A stretch of DNA of 64,000 bases from Felis catus. Lineage: Eukaryota. The notes below the pieces were generated by a model. It searched no databases. It saw only the letters and a program-made list of their open reading frames with translations, and had not been told where the DNA came from. The position numbers were made by a program, and so were the translations under genes. Location of the stretch: assembly GCF_018350175.1 (NCBI RefSeq), contig NC_058383.1, forward strand, positions 29,638,001-29,702,000, read 5' to 3'. Of this stretch, positions 63,501-64,000 are shown piece after piece. Numbering within the stretch: the stretch's first letter is position 1; the number at the start of each line of letters is the position of its first letter.

Positions 63501-64000
63501 CTCAAAATGGATGAAAGACCTAAATGTAGGACAGGAAGCCATCTGAATCCTTGAGGAGAAAGCAAGCAAAAACCTCTTTGATCTTTGCCGCAGCAACTCC
63601 TTACTCAACACGTCTCTGGAGACAAGGGAAACAAAAGCAAAAATGAACTATTGGGACCTCACCAAAATAAAAATCTTCTGCAGAGTGAAGGAAACAATCA
63701 GCAAAACTAAAAGGCAACTGACAGAATGGGAGAAGATATTTGCAAATGACATATCAGATAAAGGGTTAGTATCCAAAATGTATAAAGAACTTATCAAAGT
63801 CAACACCCAAAAAACAAAGAATCCAGTGAAGAAATGGGCAAAAGACATGAATGGATACTTCTCCAAAGAAGACATCCAGATGGCCAACTGACACATGAAA
63901 AAATATTCCACATCACTCATCATACGGGAAGTACAAATCAAAACCACAATGAGATACCACCTCACACCTGTCAGAATGGCTAACATTAACAACTCAGGCA
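60594..64000 (+). pseudogene. L1 ORF2p, disrupted, partial
   Basis: MAINSYLSILTLNV..CCLQETH (APE endonuclease), [19 protein letters not shown] (RT); split across frames. Confidence 0.97.

Larger units (their letters stand above)
57691..64000 (+). mobile_element. LINE-1 with intact 5' end, same subfamily as L1 #1, inactivated; runs off the window (L1 #2)
   Basis: GAGCCAAGATGG 5' end; 5'UTR collinear with 16454-18126; ORF1 and ORF2 fragments. Confidence 0.98.

Noticed and set aside
1..64000. Most ORF-track entries as host genes
   Set aside because: They overlap SINEs, LTRs, L1s or low-complexity DNA, often use non-ATG starts and show no recognisable domain.
16454..64000. Active L1 elements
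   Set aside because: Both ORF1 and ORF2 carry multiple stops and frameshifts; L1 #1 also lost the ORF2 ATG and has FAND in place of FADD.
1..64000. tRNA genes, CRISPR arrays, prokaryotic systems
   Set aside because: The tRNA-like heads are CanSINEs, there is no repeat-spacer array, and the DNA is mammalian.

Overview
Felid (cat-like) genomic DNA, intergenic or deep-intronic. I find no host protein-coding exon or RNA gene and nothing prokaryotic. The window is dominated by transposable elements. There are about 26 CanSINE/SINEC copies and two same-orientation, same-subfamily, inactivated L1s with intact 5' ends (16454-23172 and 57691->64000). There is also a 5'-truncated L1 with TSD, older L1/L2/MIR fragments, many MaLR/ERVL LTRs, a decayed ERV-L pol remnant (RNase H-integrase-dUTPase), two young ERV1-type solo LTRs with 4-bp TSDs, and hAT MITEs. 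The best lead is an ORF0-like antisense reading frame plus a YY1/NRF1/CTCF/Sp1 motif cluster in both L1 5'UTRs; it is speculative and has a compositional null explanation. Other points: an ORF1 frameshift shared by both L1s inside an identical tract, several unusual insertion/repair scars, and a few unique segments with developmental TF motif clusters. Repeat family names are from recall of consensus sequences, and boundaries of old repeats are approximate. No novel system is demonstrated.
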